A DNA stretch of 64,000 bases from a virus (IMGVR_UViG_3300021255_003058:52382-116381); one strand, 5' to 3'; positions 52,608 to 62,623 are shown, numbered from the stretch's first letter. Program-made: numbers and translations. Notes: generated by a model not told the origin, from the letters alone.

Positions 52608-53927
52608 ATGTTTAATTATTTGGAGTCTGAAGATAAATTTTATTATGAATTTGTATCATATGAAGAATTATATAGAGCATATGTTGATTGTAAGAAAAGA
52701 AAAAGAATAACACATAATTGTGAAGCATTTGAGATTGATGAAATAAATAAGTTATATAATCTTTATGTTGAACTTAACACAATGACGTATAAAATTGGTA
52801 AGTCAACAACATTTATTTATCATGAGCCATTATCAAATCATTTTAGAGAAATATTTGCTGCTGATTTTAGAGATAGAATTATCCAACATTTATTAATCAA
52901 TAGAATGATAGATATTTTTGAAAATGATTTTATAGATCATACGTTTTCTTGTCGTAAAAACAAAGGTACATCTTTTGGAATTGAAACTTTATATAATGAT
53001 TTAAAAGAATATACAAATAATTTTACTGAAGATTGCATGATATATGGAGCAGATATTAAATCATTCTTTGCATCATTAAATAAAGACATTGTATTCAATC
53101 AATTAACAAATTTACTCATAACAAATAAAGATAAATTAGTTATTTATAACAAAGAAGAAATAACAAATTTAGATATAATATATACAAAATGGTTAATAAG
53201 AATTATATTGTATAATGATCCTCGTAAAGGATGTATATTCAAACAACCTAAATGGTATTGGAATTTTATATCAAATGACAAATCAGCATTTCATATTCCA
53301 TCAATATTATATCTTCCAGTTGGAAATATAACATCACAATTCTTTGCTAATCTTTATCTATCATTAATGGATAAAGTAATGAATGATAGAGGTTATTATG
53401 GAAGATATGTTGATGATACTTATAATTTAGTTAAATCATTAGAAGAATATCATTATGTTAAGTTTTTAATGAATAAAGAAGCAAATAAAGTTGGATTAAA
53501 AATACACCCAAATAAACAATATCTTCAAGATTATAAAAAAGGATTTAAATTTATTGGTAAATATATTAAAGAATATAGAATTTATATATTAAATAAAACA
53601 AAAGGAAAATTTTGGAAACGTGTAAAATATTTCTATGATGAATTTGAAAATAGGCAACAAATAACAATTAAAGATTTAGAATATATGGTTTCTTGTATTA
53701 ATTCATATCTTGGTCTATTGAAACATTATAAGACATATAATATTAGAAAGAAAATATTATCATCTCAATATATGACAGCATTAGGTCAATATATTTATGT
53801 TAATAAAAATTTAACAAAAGTGTCAATATTTGAGGATTATTTATGCAAAAGAACTCATAAGCATAAATATAAATCACAAAGATATTTATTTACTAAATTA
53901 CCAATTATAAATAAAGAATTGAAATAA
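52608..53927 (+). CDS. DGR-class reverse transcriptase
   Basis: REIFAADFRDRIIQH, FSCRKNKG, ADIKSFF, LPVGNITSQFFAN (DGR-type SQ), RYVDD, GLKIHPNK, GFKFIG. Confidence 0.96.
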   Translation: MFNYLESEDKFYYEFVSYEELYRAYVDCKKRKRITHNCEAFEIDEINKLYNLYVELNTMTYKIGKSTTFIYHEPLSNHFREIFAADFRDRIIQHLLINRMIDIFENDFIDHTFSCRKNKGTSFGIETLYNDLKEYTNNFTEDCMIYGADIKSFFASLNKDIVFNQLTNLLITNKDKLVIYNKEEITNLDIIYTKWLIRIILYNDPRKGCIFKQPKWYWNFISNDKSAFHIPSILYLPVGNITSQFFANLYLSLMDKVMNDRGYYGRYVDDTYNLVKSLEEYHYVKFLMNKEANKVGLKIHPNKQYLQDYKKGFKFIGKYIKEYRIYILNKTKGKFWKRVKYFYDEFENRQQITIKDLEYMVSCINSYLGLLKHYKTYNIRKKILSSQYMTALGQYIYVNKNLTKVSIFEDYLCKRTHKHKYKSQRYLFTKLPIINKELK

Positions 53928-53929
53928 AA

Positions 53930-53986
53930 TCTTGCACAGTTTATTGAAATTATTATTAAATAATATATCAAATAAACTATGCAAGA
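53930..53986. terminator. Long imperfect hairpin just after the RT stop
   Basis: TCTTGCA.AGTTTATT ... AATAAACT.TGCAAGA. Confidence 0.55.
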
Positions 53987-54182
53987 ATACAAAGTTATCA
54001 TAACAAATAATTTGAATGACTGTATTGATTATTTATTACAAATAAATCAAAAATATCCATTTATAAAATATTTGTATGTAAATATGACACAATGTATAGA
54101 ATAATATGTTCAAATATTAATAACTTTGATGAATTTATAGATAACTTCAATTATATTGATATTACTAAAGAAATTTTATAAT

Positions 54183-55565
54183 TTACTTAAAATCCTTTTC
54201 AATTTCTTTTTTCAAATTATTCAAGTCATTCAAATACATTTGTTTCTCTGTTGTATTCTTAATGTATTCGAGTTCCTTTTTCATTGATTCATTTTGTTTA
54301 AGCAATTCATCTCTTTCCTCAATAGTAACTTTTGACATCGGTGTACTTATTAATTCCATTGGAAGTTTATAACCATCCATGTCAACCTTGATGTCAGCTT
54401 TTGCTCTATTACGAATCTTAAGTTTACCTTTACATACAAGTTCAATAAACTTTACTAATTCGTCATTCTTTTTAATTCTTTCTTCAAGAATCTTTACAAG
54501 TTTCTTTTTACGTTCAGTATATATACTTAAACGATAAAGTGTAAAGTATTCAATTACTTCATTCTTATTTTGGAAATTCTTCAACTTATGATTCTCATCA
54601 AGCAACCAAAGTAAATCATCAGGAAGTTGTTTAATCAATTTGAATTTATTTGCAATTCGTTTTCCTGAACGATCCTTTTTCATTTCAATTGCAAGTTGTT
54701 TCTTAGGAAAGAAAATTTCATAATTGACTCCACCATCTGTTGACTTATTTTTCCAATCCTTTATATAATCTTCATCCTTATACTTATAAAGTAATTTTTC
54801 AAAATCTTCATATGATACATCAGCTGGAAGGTCAGTAACTATCATTAAATCCTTTGATTGATTAAGTTTCCATTCTCCATAGTTAAACCATGCACCTTCT
54901 TCAAATCTCCAATTCTCTTTTTTAATACCTTTAAGATAAGGACGAACAACTGTTTTGATTTTATCTTTCTTATCTATACGAGCATTCAATACCTCTTTAC
55001 AAGCTTCAATAATATCAATTGGGTCATAAGCTTGATTATGCATAGAATAACCTACAGCAACACCAATGTTATTCTTACATAGAACCGTTGGTATGATTGG
55101 AAGATATGTCATAGGTTCAACATATTGTCCTTCTTCAAATACAAAATCTAACAAGTCATAATCAGTCTTATAAATAAGATTCATATACTTGGAATGCTTA
55201 ACATAAAGATAACGAGGAGCACCAGCTGAATCTGGATCTCTTAATGAACCTACCTGAGAATCAGATTCAAGTGGGTTTAAATTATCTGTAAATGTTCGGC
55301 ACATTCTAACAATCGTGTCATTCAATGACTGATCTCCATGGCTATAAAGTGAAACCCTCATTGCATCACCTGAAAGAGCAAGTAGTTTATACAGTTTACC
55401 ATCTTTAGTCGTACCTGCAAGAGAAGCATGCATTATTTTTCTAGCTCCTGGTTTAAATCCATCAATTACAGATGGTATGGCACGTTCCTCCAAAACACTG
55501 AATGCATAATTAAGATATTCAGTGTTCAAAAAATTTGTTATTGTTCTTTTTATTGTTTTATCCAT
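54183..55565 (-). CDS. Type IIA topoisomerase, breakage-reunion subunit (T4 gp52/GyrA-like)
   Basis: ERAIPSVIDGFKPGARKI, Y.HGD.SL, AGAPRY catalytic Tyr, GVAVGYS. Confidence 0.95.
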   Translation of the reverse strand: MDKTIKRTITNFLNTEYLNYAFSVLEERAIPSVIDGFKPGARKIMHASLAGTTKDGKLYKLLALSGDAMRVSLYSHGDQSLNDTIVRMCRTFTDNLNPLESDSQVGSLRDPDSAGAPRYLYVKHSKYMNLIYKTDYDLLDFVFEEGQYVEPMTYLPIIPTVLCKNNIGVAVGYSMHNQAYDPIDIIEACKEVLNARIDKKDKIKTVVRPYLKGIKKENWRFEEGAWFNYGEWKLNQSKDLMIVTDLPADVSYEDFEKLLYKYKDEDYIKDWKNKSTDGGVNYEIFFPKKQLAIEMKKDRSGKRIANKFKLIKQLPDDLLWLLDENHKLKNFQNKNEVIEYFTLYRLSIYTERKKKLVKILEERIKKNDELVKFIELVCKGKLKIRNRAKADIKVDMDGYKLPMELISTPMSKVTIEERDELLKQNESMKKELEYIKNTTEKQMYLNDLNNLKKEIEKDFK

Positions 55566-55600
55566 ATAAATAAATATAGTTCAAAAATATAAAAAATACA

Positions 55601-55625
55601 AAAGCTGTACATTGAGTACAGCTTT
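55601..55625 (-). terminator. Intrinsic terminator
   Basis: AAAGCTGTAC-attga-GTACAGCTTT, same stem as 56063-56088. Confidence 0.75.
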
Positions 55626-55983
55626 ATAAATTTAATTTATTATTATTTCCTTTAAGTTTTTCTGCTTGTTCTGACGTTGCAATTATAGCATATTTATCTG
55701 GATTCTTTTTATAATTGTTATCTAAAATTCCTAAATATTTATCTTTAAAATATGATAATAATTCATATCTAATATCGTTAACATAAACCCACGTATGTTG
55801 ATCTCCACTATAACGGCCTACATCTTTAGATACTGCTTTTTGTACTTTAGCAGTTTCTATACTTCAATTTTTGTGTTTGAATCTTTCTTTAAAGGATTTT
55901 TATCTAACCATTAATATTGTAACTTCATCACCTTTCTTAAGAATACCTTTCATTGGAAATTTTAAAAATTCATTCATAAACAT
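55624..55983 (-). pseudogene. Gene with two apparent frameshifts
   Basis: Own promoter (56018-56046) and terminator; coding-like text switches frame near 55910 and 55860. Confidence 0.5.
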
Positions 55984-56062
55984 ATTGAAAATTTCATTTT
56001 AATAAATTATATATAAAAATATAGTATATAATATTTGAAAATTCAAACAAGTTTAAAAAATA

Positions 56063-56088
56063 AAAAGCTGTACTTAAGTACAGCTTTT
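56063..56088 (-). terminator. Intrinsic terminator
   Basis: AAAAGCTGTAC-ttaa-GTACAGCTTTT. Confidence 0.75.
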
Positions 56089-56091
56089 ATT

Positions 56092-56649
56092 TTATTTCCA
56101 GTCATCTGGTATATTACTATCTTTATAATTTTTTTCTGTGGCATATTTAAGTAATTTCTGTAATGGACCAAAACTAAGGTTTGTACTTAATTTAGTACCA
56201 TCTGGGAACTTAAATTGTAACCAATGGCTATTTCCTCTTGGACTAATTCCACTAGATTCTCTTGTAGTTTGTCGAACACCACTAATAACAGGTTTATCCC
56301 AGTAAGTTTCAAATAATTTAGTAATTTCATTAAGTGCTTCATCAGTTACTATATTACGTTTGCCATCCCATTTACGTTGCTTTATATTATCGTTTTTAAA
56401 ATCAATACTACCCCAAGTGGCAATTATCAATGTAGCTTTAGGATTAATCTTATTACTATCAACACCTTTCATATATTCATTATAAGTATCCTGTAAATAA
56501 TCACTACCATTTTTTATATCTTTTTCAAAACGTTGCTGTATTGATTTTACAAGTTCACTATATAAATCTTTGCCAGGTATATTTTCAAATTTAGCAGCTT
56601 TTAATGATGGTTTAGATGATTCATAAATTATATCTTTTAAATCTTTCAT
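56092..56649 (-). CDS. Hypothetical protein (possible internal head protein)
   Basis: 185 aa, N-terminus MKDLKDIIYES. Confidence 0.7.
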   Translation of the reverse strand: MKDLKDIIYESSKPSLKAAKFENIPGKDLYSELVKSIQQRFEKDIKNGSDYLQDTYNEYMKGVDSNKINPKATLIIATWGSIDFKNDNIKQRKWDGKRNIVTDEALNEITKLFETYWDKPVISGVRQTTRESSGISPRGNSHWLQFKFPDGTKLSTNLSFGPLQKLLKYATEKNYKDSNIPDDWK

Positions 56650-56734
56650 AACTAATAAATATTTTTTATTTCTTATATATAAAAATAAATAAAAGATCTG
56701 TCTTTAATATAATTAAAAGATTTCATTTATAAAA

Positions 56735-57946
56735 TTAATTATCTTCTTCTGTATAAACTTTATTGTCTTCTATTTTAACAACTTTAAATACTGTTCCGCA
56801 AGCATACCATCCTTTGCCAACTTTAGGGTATCGTTTCCATTTCTTAGCCCATTCAGTGAAAGTATTATCTAATTTATTATTGACATAAACTTCCCAGTCT
56901 TTACCATTTTCTGGTTTAACTGACTCTAACAAATTATATTCATTTATATATTGAACAAATTTTATTAATAAATTATTTGGATGTTGTAATCCTTCTTTAA
57001 TATCTTTATTTATTTGTTTTTCATAATAATCACAAAATATCTTAGGAACATTAGTTTCAAATTTCTTCAATATTTTATTAAATTGATTATCTAATTTTTT
57101 ATATATTTTATTAAATGATAAATTTGTATTATTTATATTATTATAAGTATTTTGAAATTTTAATTTATCGTCATCATTGTTTAATTCTTTTAACCAATTC
57201 CACAAAGAAGAATATTGAATCCATACATCTGATTGTTTGAATATTTCATAAGCCTTTTTATAAGCATTATTTATATTTGAAAATTTTTTAACATCAAAAT
57301 TATTAATATCTAATTCTGTTGTTAATTCATTTAAATAAGCATTTTGCTCAATTTTTGATAAATTATTACATATTCTTTTACAAATATTTTCAACAGATAA
57401 TTTACCATCAAATAATGTCTTATAATATTTAGAATTTTTATCTGTTAATTCTTTTAAATTAAACTCAGATTTTTTAATGTAACTTTGATAATGATTCCAA
57501 GCATGTAAAATTTCATGCATTATACATCTTACTAAATCTTTATATTCATAATAATCATTAACAGAAATTTCAATATAAACTAAATCTAATATATTTTTAG
57601 ATTTATCAAAATTTGATTTATTAACAACATATCCAGTATTTTTATTAGTTAACTGTATTTCTAATTTATCAAAAAATATATTATCATAACCATCTATATC
57701 TTCTTTATCTAATTTAATATTATCAACAGGTTCATGATTTCTAATTATATTGTAAATTTCTTTAGCTAAATCTATAATTAATTCCTTTTGTCCAATATAT
57801 GACCCGTATTTTTCAAATATTTTAAAACAATCAAAATTTAATGAATCATTTAAAGTAAATTCAGAATAGAAATGAAGTTCTAATTCATTATCAATATTTA
57901 TATTTTCTATAATATTTCCTAATACGTAGTTTTTTAATGTTTTCAT
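56735..57946 (-). CDS. HEXXH putative zinc metallopeptidase (paralog of 21004-21975)
   Basis: IMHEILHAW plus downstream IEQNAY. Confidence 0.55.
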   Translation of the reverse strand: MKTLKNYVLGNIIENINIDNELELHFYSEFTLNDSLNFDCFKIFEKYGSYIGQKELIIDLAKEIYNIIRNHEPVDNIKLDKEDIDGYDNIFFDKLEIQLTNKNTGYVVNKSNFDKSKNILDLVYIEISVNDYYEYKDLVRCIMHEILHAWNHYQSYIKKSEFNLKELTDKNSKYYKTLFDGKLSVENICKRICNNLSKIEQNAYLNELTTELDINNFDVKKFSNINNAYKKAYEIFKQSDVWIQYSSLWNWLKELNNDDDKLKFQNTYNNINNTNLSFNKIYKKLDNQFNKILKKFETNVPKIFCDYYEKQINKDIKEGLQHPNNLLIKFVQYINEYNLLESVKPENGKDWEVYVNNKLDNTFTEWAKKWKRYPKVGKGWYACGTVFKVVKIEDNKVYTEEDN

Positions 57947-57952
57947 TTAATT

Positions 57953-59845
57953 TTAATACTTAAGCATATCTTTTCTTACATTAGAATCCAGTTTATTAAA
58001 CCATTTTCTAAGCATACTATCTGCTGCTTCATCTTTTTTGAAATATAAAAACTTAGGATCTTGATACATTTCTTTAGATTCTTTATCTGATAGACCACCA
58101 AGTCCTTTTACATATTTATGTGAATATCCCTTAAGTTTCTTCTCTGCTTCTTTAAATTCTTCCATTGTATAGAATTTCTTACAATCTTTTCCTTTACGAG
58201 ATATTACAATAGGTGATATATTTCGACAAACTATATTTTTCTCAAAAAGTTCAGGCCAGTTGTTAAAGAATAATAAAAGCAATGCAGCAATCTTGTCACC
58301 ATCTGGATCAGCATCAGTTGATATAACAATCTTACCGAAGTTTAAATCATTTATATCAAATTCTTTACCCCATCTAAGTCCAAGAACTGTTACAATATCA
58401 TTAAACACTTCATTCCTCATTATCTGTACTGGAGTCATACCATAGCAATTCAATGGTACACCTCTCATAATCAGACCTGCTTGTATCTCTGGATTTCTTC
58501 CACCTCTTAGACCGGACTTTGCAGAATCTCCCTCAAATATCCAAAGCTGTCGCTCATTCTTTTTTCGAGATGAGCAAGTAATATATTTGTCTGGACGTTT
58601 CAATCCTTTATTGGTTTCTCTATTTATTTTGCGAAGTGCTTTTTCATCTTCAGCTGCAGTCTTTTGTTTATACCAATCTAATACTAATTGTACTATTTCT
58701 GATTTTTGACACTTTTTCAAAAAATCATCAGGAATATTAAATTTAATATTTGGATCTTTATAAAAATTTTCAACAGGAACACTTAATTCTTCTTTTGTTT
58801 GACTTGTATATATAGGATTTGATATATCAAATATACCAAAAATTCCATATTTACCATCTATTGATTTATTAGTTAATTCTATTTTATGTTTCTTTTTTAA
58901 ATATTCAATTATAATATCTCCAATTGGTTTACGAACTGCTTTTATATGTGTTCCTTTTGAACACTCAGCACCATTTACAAATGCTACATCTATTCCGCAA
59001 TCAGGACATACCCAAATTTGTTTTTGATTATCTTTTAATGAAATTATAGTTTTTTTATCATAAAAATCAGAATATAAATCCATATATTCTTCAAATTTTT
59101 TAAATTTCCAATTAATTTTATTTTTTTCATCTTTTGTTTTTACAATAAAATTAATTGATAATCCTAAATTTGCAGCTGCTGCATCTATACATCTTTTATG
59201 TAAAATTTTTATAAAATCATTAGTTAATCCATATTTACTTTGTTCAAATTTATCAAAATCAATAAAAAATGTAGTTTTTGTATAATGTTCATTACATTTT
59301 TCTATTTTTGGTTCTGATTTACTATTCATATTATTAGCCCATTCAACTAATAATTTATTTTTTTTATCTGCAGATTCAATAATAAATTTTTTTGAAAATA
59401 TATTACTTAAAACAGAACCTAACCCATTTGTTCCTACTATATTTCTATCATCATTATCATCATAATTTGAAGAAGTTCTTAATTGTCCAAATATAAATTC
59501 AGGAACATATACTCCTGCTTCTTTATGTTTAACTATTGGAATTCCACCATTATCTTTAATAGTTATTGAATTATCATCTTTATTTATAATTACATCAATA
59601 TTATTTAATCCCATATTATCTTTGCGTCTATATTCATCACATGAATTTGATAATATTTCATCAAATAATTTTAACATAGCTGGTGAATATGTTAAACATT
59701 TCATCATCATTTTATTTTCATTTTCATTATATACTAATAATGATGTTTCTTCTTCTTTAATAGAACCAATATACATAGTAGGTCTATGTAAAATATGTTC
59801 TAATTCTGATAATGCAGTATATTTTTGTTCAATTGTTTTTTTCAT
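57953..59845 (-). CDS. Type IIA topoisomerase, ATPase/TOPRIM subunit (T4 gp39+60/GyrB-like)
   Basis: EHILHRPTMYIGS, FDEILSN, DNGGIP, TSSNY, GTNGLG, EGDSA, RGVPLN, TDADPDG, KGLG. Confidence 0.96.
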   Translation of the reverse strand: MKKTIEQKYTALSELEHILHRPTMYIGSIKEEETSLLVYNENENKMMMKCLTYSPAMLKLFDEILSNSCDEYRRKDNMGLNNIDVIINKDDNSITIKDNGGIPIVKHKEAGVYVPEFIFGQLRTSSNYDDNDDRNIVGTNGLGSVLSNIFSKKFIIESADKKNKLLVEWANNMNSKSEPKIEKCNEHYTKTTFFIDFDKFEQSKYGLTNDFIKILHKRCIDAAAANLGLSINFIVKTKDEKNKINWKFKKFEEYMDLYSDFYDKKTIISLKDNQKQIWVCPDCGIDVAFVNGAECSKGTHIKAVRKPIGDIIIEYLKKKHKIELTNKSIDGKYGIFGIFDISNPIYTSQTKEELSVPVENFYKDPNIKFNIPDDFLKKCQKSEIVQLVLDWYKQKTAAEDEKALRKINRETNKGLKRPDKYITCSSRKKNERQLWIFEGDSAKSGLRGGRNPEIQAGLIMRGVPLNCYGMTPVQIMRNEVFNDIVTVLGLRWGKEFDINDLNFGKIVISTDADPDGDKIAALLLLFFNNWPELFEKNIVCRNISPIVISRKGKDCKKFYTMEEFKEAEKKLKGYSHKYVKGLGGLSDKESKEMYQDPKFLYFKKDEAADSMLRKWFNKLDSNVRKDMLKY

Positions 59846-60882
59846 ATATTATTTAATTCTTCTATATTCCAAATTTCTATATAATTTAAATTATTTTGCT
59901 TTGCAATATTTCTTTTATTTACATCTCTTATTGTCCATGTTATTATAGCATTATTATAATATAAAGAATTTTTTTCTTTCCATTGATTTAATATAGATAT
60001 ATCATTAATATTATTTTCATCAAATGGATGACCACCATGTGACCAATGATAATTACATTCAATAAATAAATCTAATGAAGGTATATATAAATCACATTGA
60101 AATGGATATCTTTTTTTATCTTTATATTGAAATATTACATCAGGATATTTTTCTTTAATAATATTAAATGAATCTATTTCAATTTTTGATTTATTTAATG
60201 TATTATTTTTTCTTTTTGTTTCAATTCCTTTATCAATTGCATCTTTACAATTAGCCTTTAATTTACATTCTTTAGTTTTGTAATAACAATCAACTCCATA
60301 ATGTTCAATTAATGTTTTCTTAATTTTATCTTTTATAATATTTGATTGATTAGGATAAATTGTACCATATTTTTGTAATGATGTTTGATTAACATGTTCT
60401 TTCCAATGGGTTGATTTTGCAATATTATCAACATTATATTTTTCTAACATTGTTTCTATTGCTTTATCTTTAATTTTTTTATCACATAATGGAGAAAACC
60501 CTCCATATTTTTTAATGTTTGTATTTTTTTGTTTTTCTTTTATATTATATGATTGTGCTGGTGTGTATGTTCCATATCGAATTAATGATGTTTGATGAAA
60601 TTTATTTACTTTTAATATATTCATGCATTCATTACAACATGCACTTGGATAAAATCTAAATTTGATAGAATATTTTAACGGTTTACCACAATTATTACAT
60701 TTTGGTAAACTATCAATATTATGTTTTAATCTAAATAAACTTTCTTTACATTTATCATAAATGTCTTCTACAGAAAAATCATTAAATCTATTTAACAAAT
60801 AATTAATAATTTTTATATCTCTATTTTTCCATTTTTTTCTATTATTCGTTTCACAATATTTTATAACATCTTCATCAGACAT
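59842..60882 (-). CDS. Putative free-standing homing endonuclease (KYG repeats plus PD-(D/E)xK/Vsr-like domain)
   Basis: CNNC..CC zinc motif, repeated K.T...KYG, C-terminal SKIE...CDLYIP..DLFIECN.HWSH. Confidence 0.7.
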   Translation of the reverse strand: MSDEDVIKYCETNNRKKWKNRDIKIINYLLNRFNDFSVEDIYDKCKESLFRLKHNIDSLPKCNNCGKPLKYSIKFRFYPSACCNECMNILKVNKFHQTSLIRYGTYTPAQSYNIKEKQKNTNIKKYGGFSPLCDKKIKDKAIETMLEKYNVDNIAKSTHWKEHVNQTSLQKYGTIYPNQSNIIKDKIKKTLIEHYGVDCYYKTKECKLKANCKDAIDKGIETKRKNNTLNKSKIEIDSFNIIKEKYPDVIFQYKDKKRYPFQCDLYIPSLDLFIECNYHWSHGGHPFDENNINDISILNQWKEKNSLYYNNAIITWTIRDVNKRNIAKQNNLNYIEIWNIEELNNI

Positions 60883-61227
60883 AATATAAATTCTTTATTT
60901 ATTAATAATAAAACAAATGTCATATTTTTTACTATAAAAATAAAAAAATTATTTACAATGTTTTGTTTTTATTATGTAACAGTCTTCAATTTTCATTCCA
61001 ATAATTTCCATTAATTGTTGTTTCATTGACTGAAATTCTTCTTCTTCAAATTCGTTAATTTTTCTCCAAAAGAACAAATGATGCCGCTCATAAGCAACAT
61101 AATGAGGTTCATTATATACCTCTGTTTTTATTATCTTATAATCCTTCATAACTATACTTATTCATAGGTAAGCTTACCTATTATAATTAAATATAGTTAT
61201 GAAGGACAAAATTTTCTAAATTAAGAA

Positions 61228-61959
61228 TTAAGCAAAACGCCATTCATTTACAAGAGCAATATTGTTTCCAGCTAGCTCGTATTTCTCAATAAGAATCTGC
61301 TTGTTCTTTACTCGCTTTGCATTTCCTTTCTTGTCAATTGGGAGTCCCCAAACCATATCTCGATAATAACCTTCCTTAAATTTTTCAAAACGAAGTGTAA
61401 TCTCAAGATCTTTAATGAAATATTCACCCATATAATTCAGGTTTTTTTTCATTGTAACAATAAAGGGTATACCTTTTTCAAGTCGAGCCTTGCCCTGTAA
61501 CTCACGTTCCTCCTGTTCTTTACGGGCTTTTACATCCTCAGGAGAAATCATATGTTTTTCATTTGTTGATGTATATGTTATAATCTCATAACCCTCGGGA
61601 ATACAAATAGCAGCAATGTTCTCCATCTGCTCGGTTGTTGCACAGTTATTATAAAACCACATCATATAACTGTAATCAGTACAAGCGCTGAACAGAATAC
61701 CGCTGTACTTACCAACATGGAACTTATTTGGCTCAATGATACGTTTTTCGTAATCCCAGCTGCGTGTACGACCACGAAGATCTTCACAATACTCAGCATC
61801 TGGGTATTTCGCAAGAGCTTTTTCCTTATTCATCGAAGCATTGCGAAGAAATACATAGTGCTCAGTCTTATAGTTTACGCCACGAGCGTCGGTACGATAG
61901 GAAACTGAATAATCCCAAACTGTGTAATACTTGCGAGCAAAACCAATTTTAAGTGCCAT
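61228..61959 (-). CDS. Hypothetical protein
   Basis: 243-aa ORF, GC-elevated, first gene after promoter cassette. Confidence 0.75.
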   Translation of the reverse strand: MALKIGFARKYYTVWDYSVSYRTDARGVNYKTEHYVFLRNASMNKEKALAKYPDAEYCEDLRGRTRSWDYEKRIIEPNKFHVGKYSGILFSACTDYSYMMWFYNNCATTEQMENIAAICIPEGYEIITYTSTNEKHMISPEDVKARKEQEERELQGKARLEKGIPFIVTMKKNLNYMGEYFIKDLEITLRFEKFKEGYYRDMVWGLPIDKKGNAKRVKNKQILIEKYELAGNNIALVNEWRFA

Positions 61960-61982
61960 ATCAATTTATTTTTGTTACAAAT

Positions 61983-62079
61983 ATAATGGAGTTTTTATGT
62001 TATAATATGTCTTTATTAACATATGAATAAATATAACTACCATACATAAATAATATAGAACTTTTATTAAAAAATTAAA
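61983..62079 (-). promoter_or_regulatory. Phage promoter plus long ATGTAT hairpin cassette (copy 6)
   Basis: TTTAAT-N15-CTATATT; nested stems ATGG.AG/CTCCAT, GTTATA/TATAAC, ATATGT/ACATAT. Confidence 0.7.
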
Positions 62080-62623
62080 TATTATTAGAATTTTTCTTTA
62101 GGTCATTTAATTGATTTATTGTCTCTTTTAATTCATTAATACATTCATTTATCAACATTTTATATGTTGAAATTGCTTGTTTCTTATCAGTAAAATAAAA
62201 TAATTTTTTATCGTATGACACATATGATGTATCTGCATTAGCAAACATCATATAATCAAATTCACATGGAATTTCTGATGATTTAAATTGTACTCTTACA
62301 TGATGATCATCTTTTGTTTTTGATACTGTTGTACATACTCCGTACGGTTTTTCGAAAGCATCAATTTTCATATAATTATAATGATGTTCAATCATCCAAG
62401 GTTCAACCTTTTCGACTTCAAGTTTTTCGATTCTAAAATCATAATATTCTTCAGGCTTATGTATTAACAATCCGCCAAATTGTTTATCATCAGGTTTATT
62501 ATCAATTTGGTTTTTTATTCTATAAACAAAATCTCCTGGTTTAATATTGCAAAATATTTTATTTTCATTATTTAAGTAGTTCAATAATATTTTGTTTATC
62601 AGATTCTGATATGTTTTTCTCAA
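62075..62623 (-). CDS. Hypothetical protein
   Basis: 182-aa ORF. Confidence 0.65.
   Translation of the reverse strand: MRKTYQNLINKILLNYLNNENKIFCNIKPGDFVYRIKNQIDNKPDDKQFGGLLIHKPEEYYDFRIEKLEVEKVEPWMIEHHYNYMKIDAFEKPYGVCTTVSKTKDDHHVRVQFKSSEIPCEFDYMMFANADTSYVSYDKKLFYFTDKKQAISTYKMLINECINELKETINQLNDLKKNSNNI

Noticed and set aside
52608-53927. Group II intron or retron RT
   Set aside because: SQ motif, Avd neighbour and an A-specific TR/VR pair indicate DGR; no interrupted gene or VTG retron motif seen
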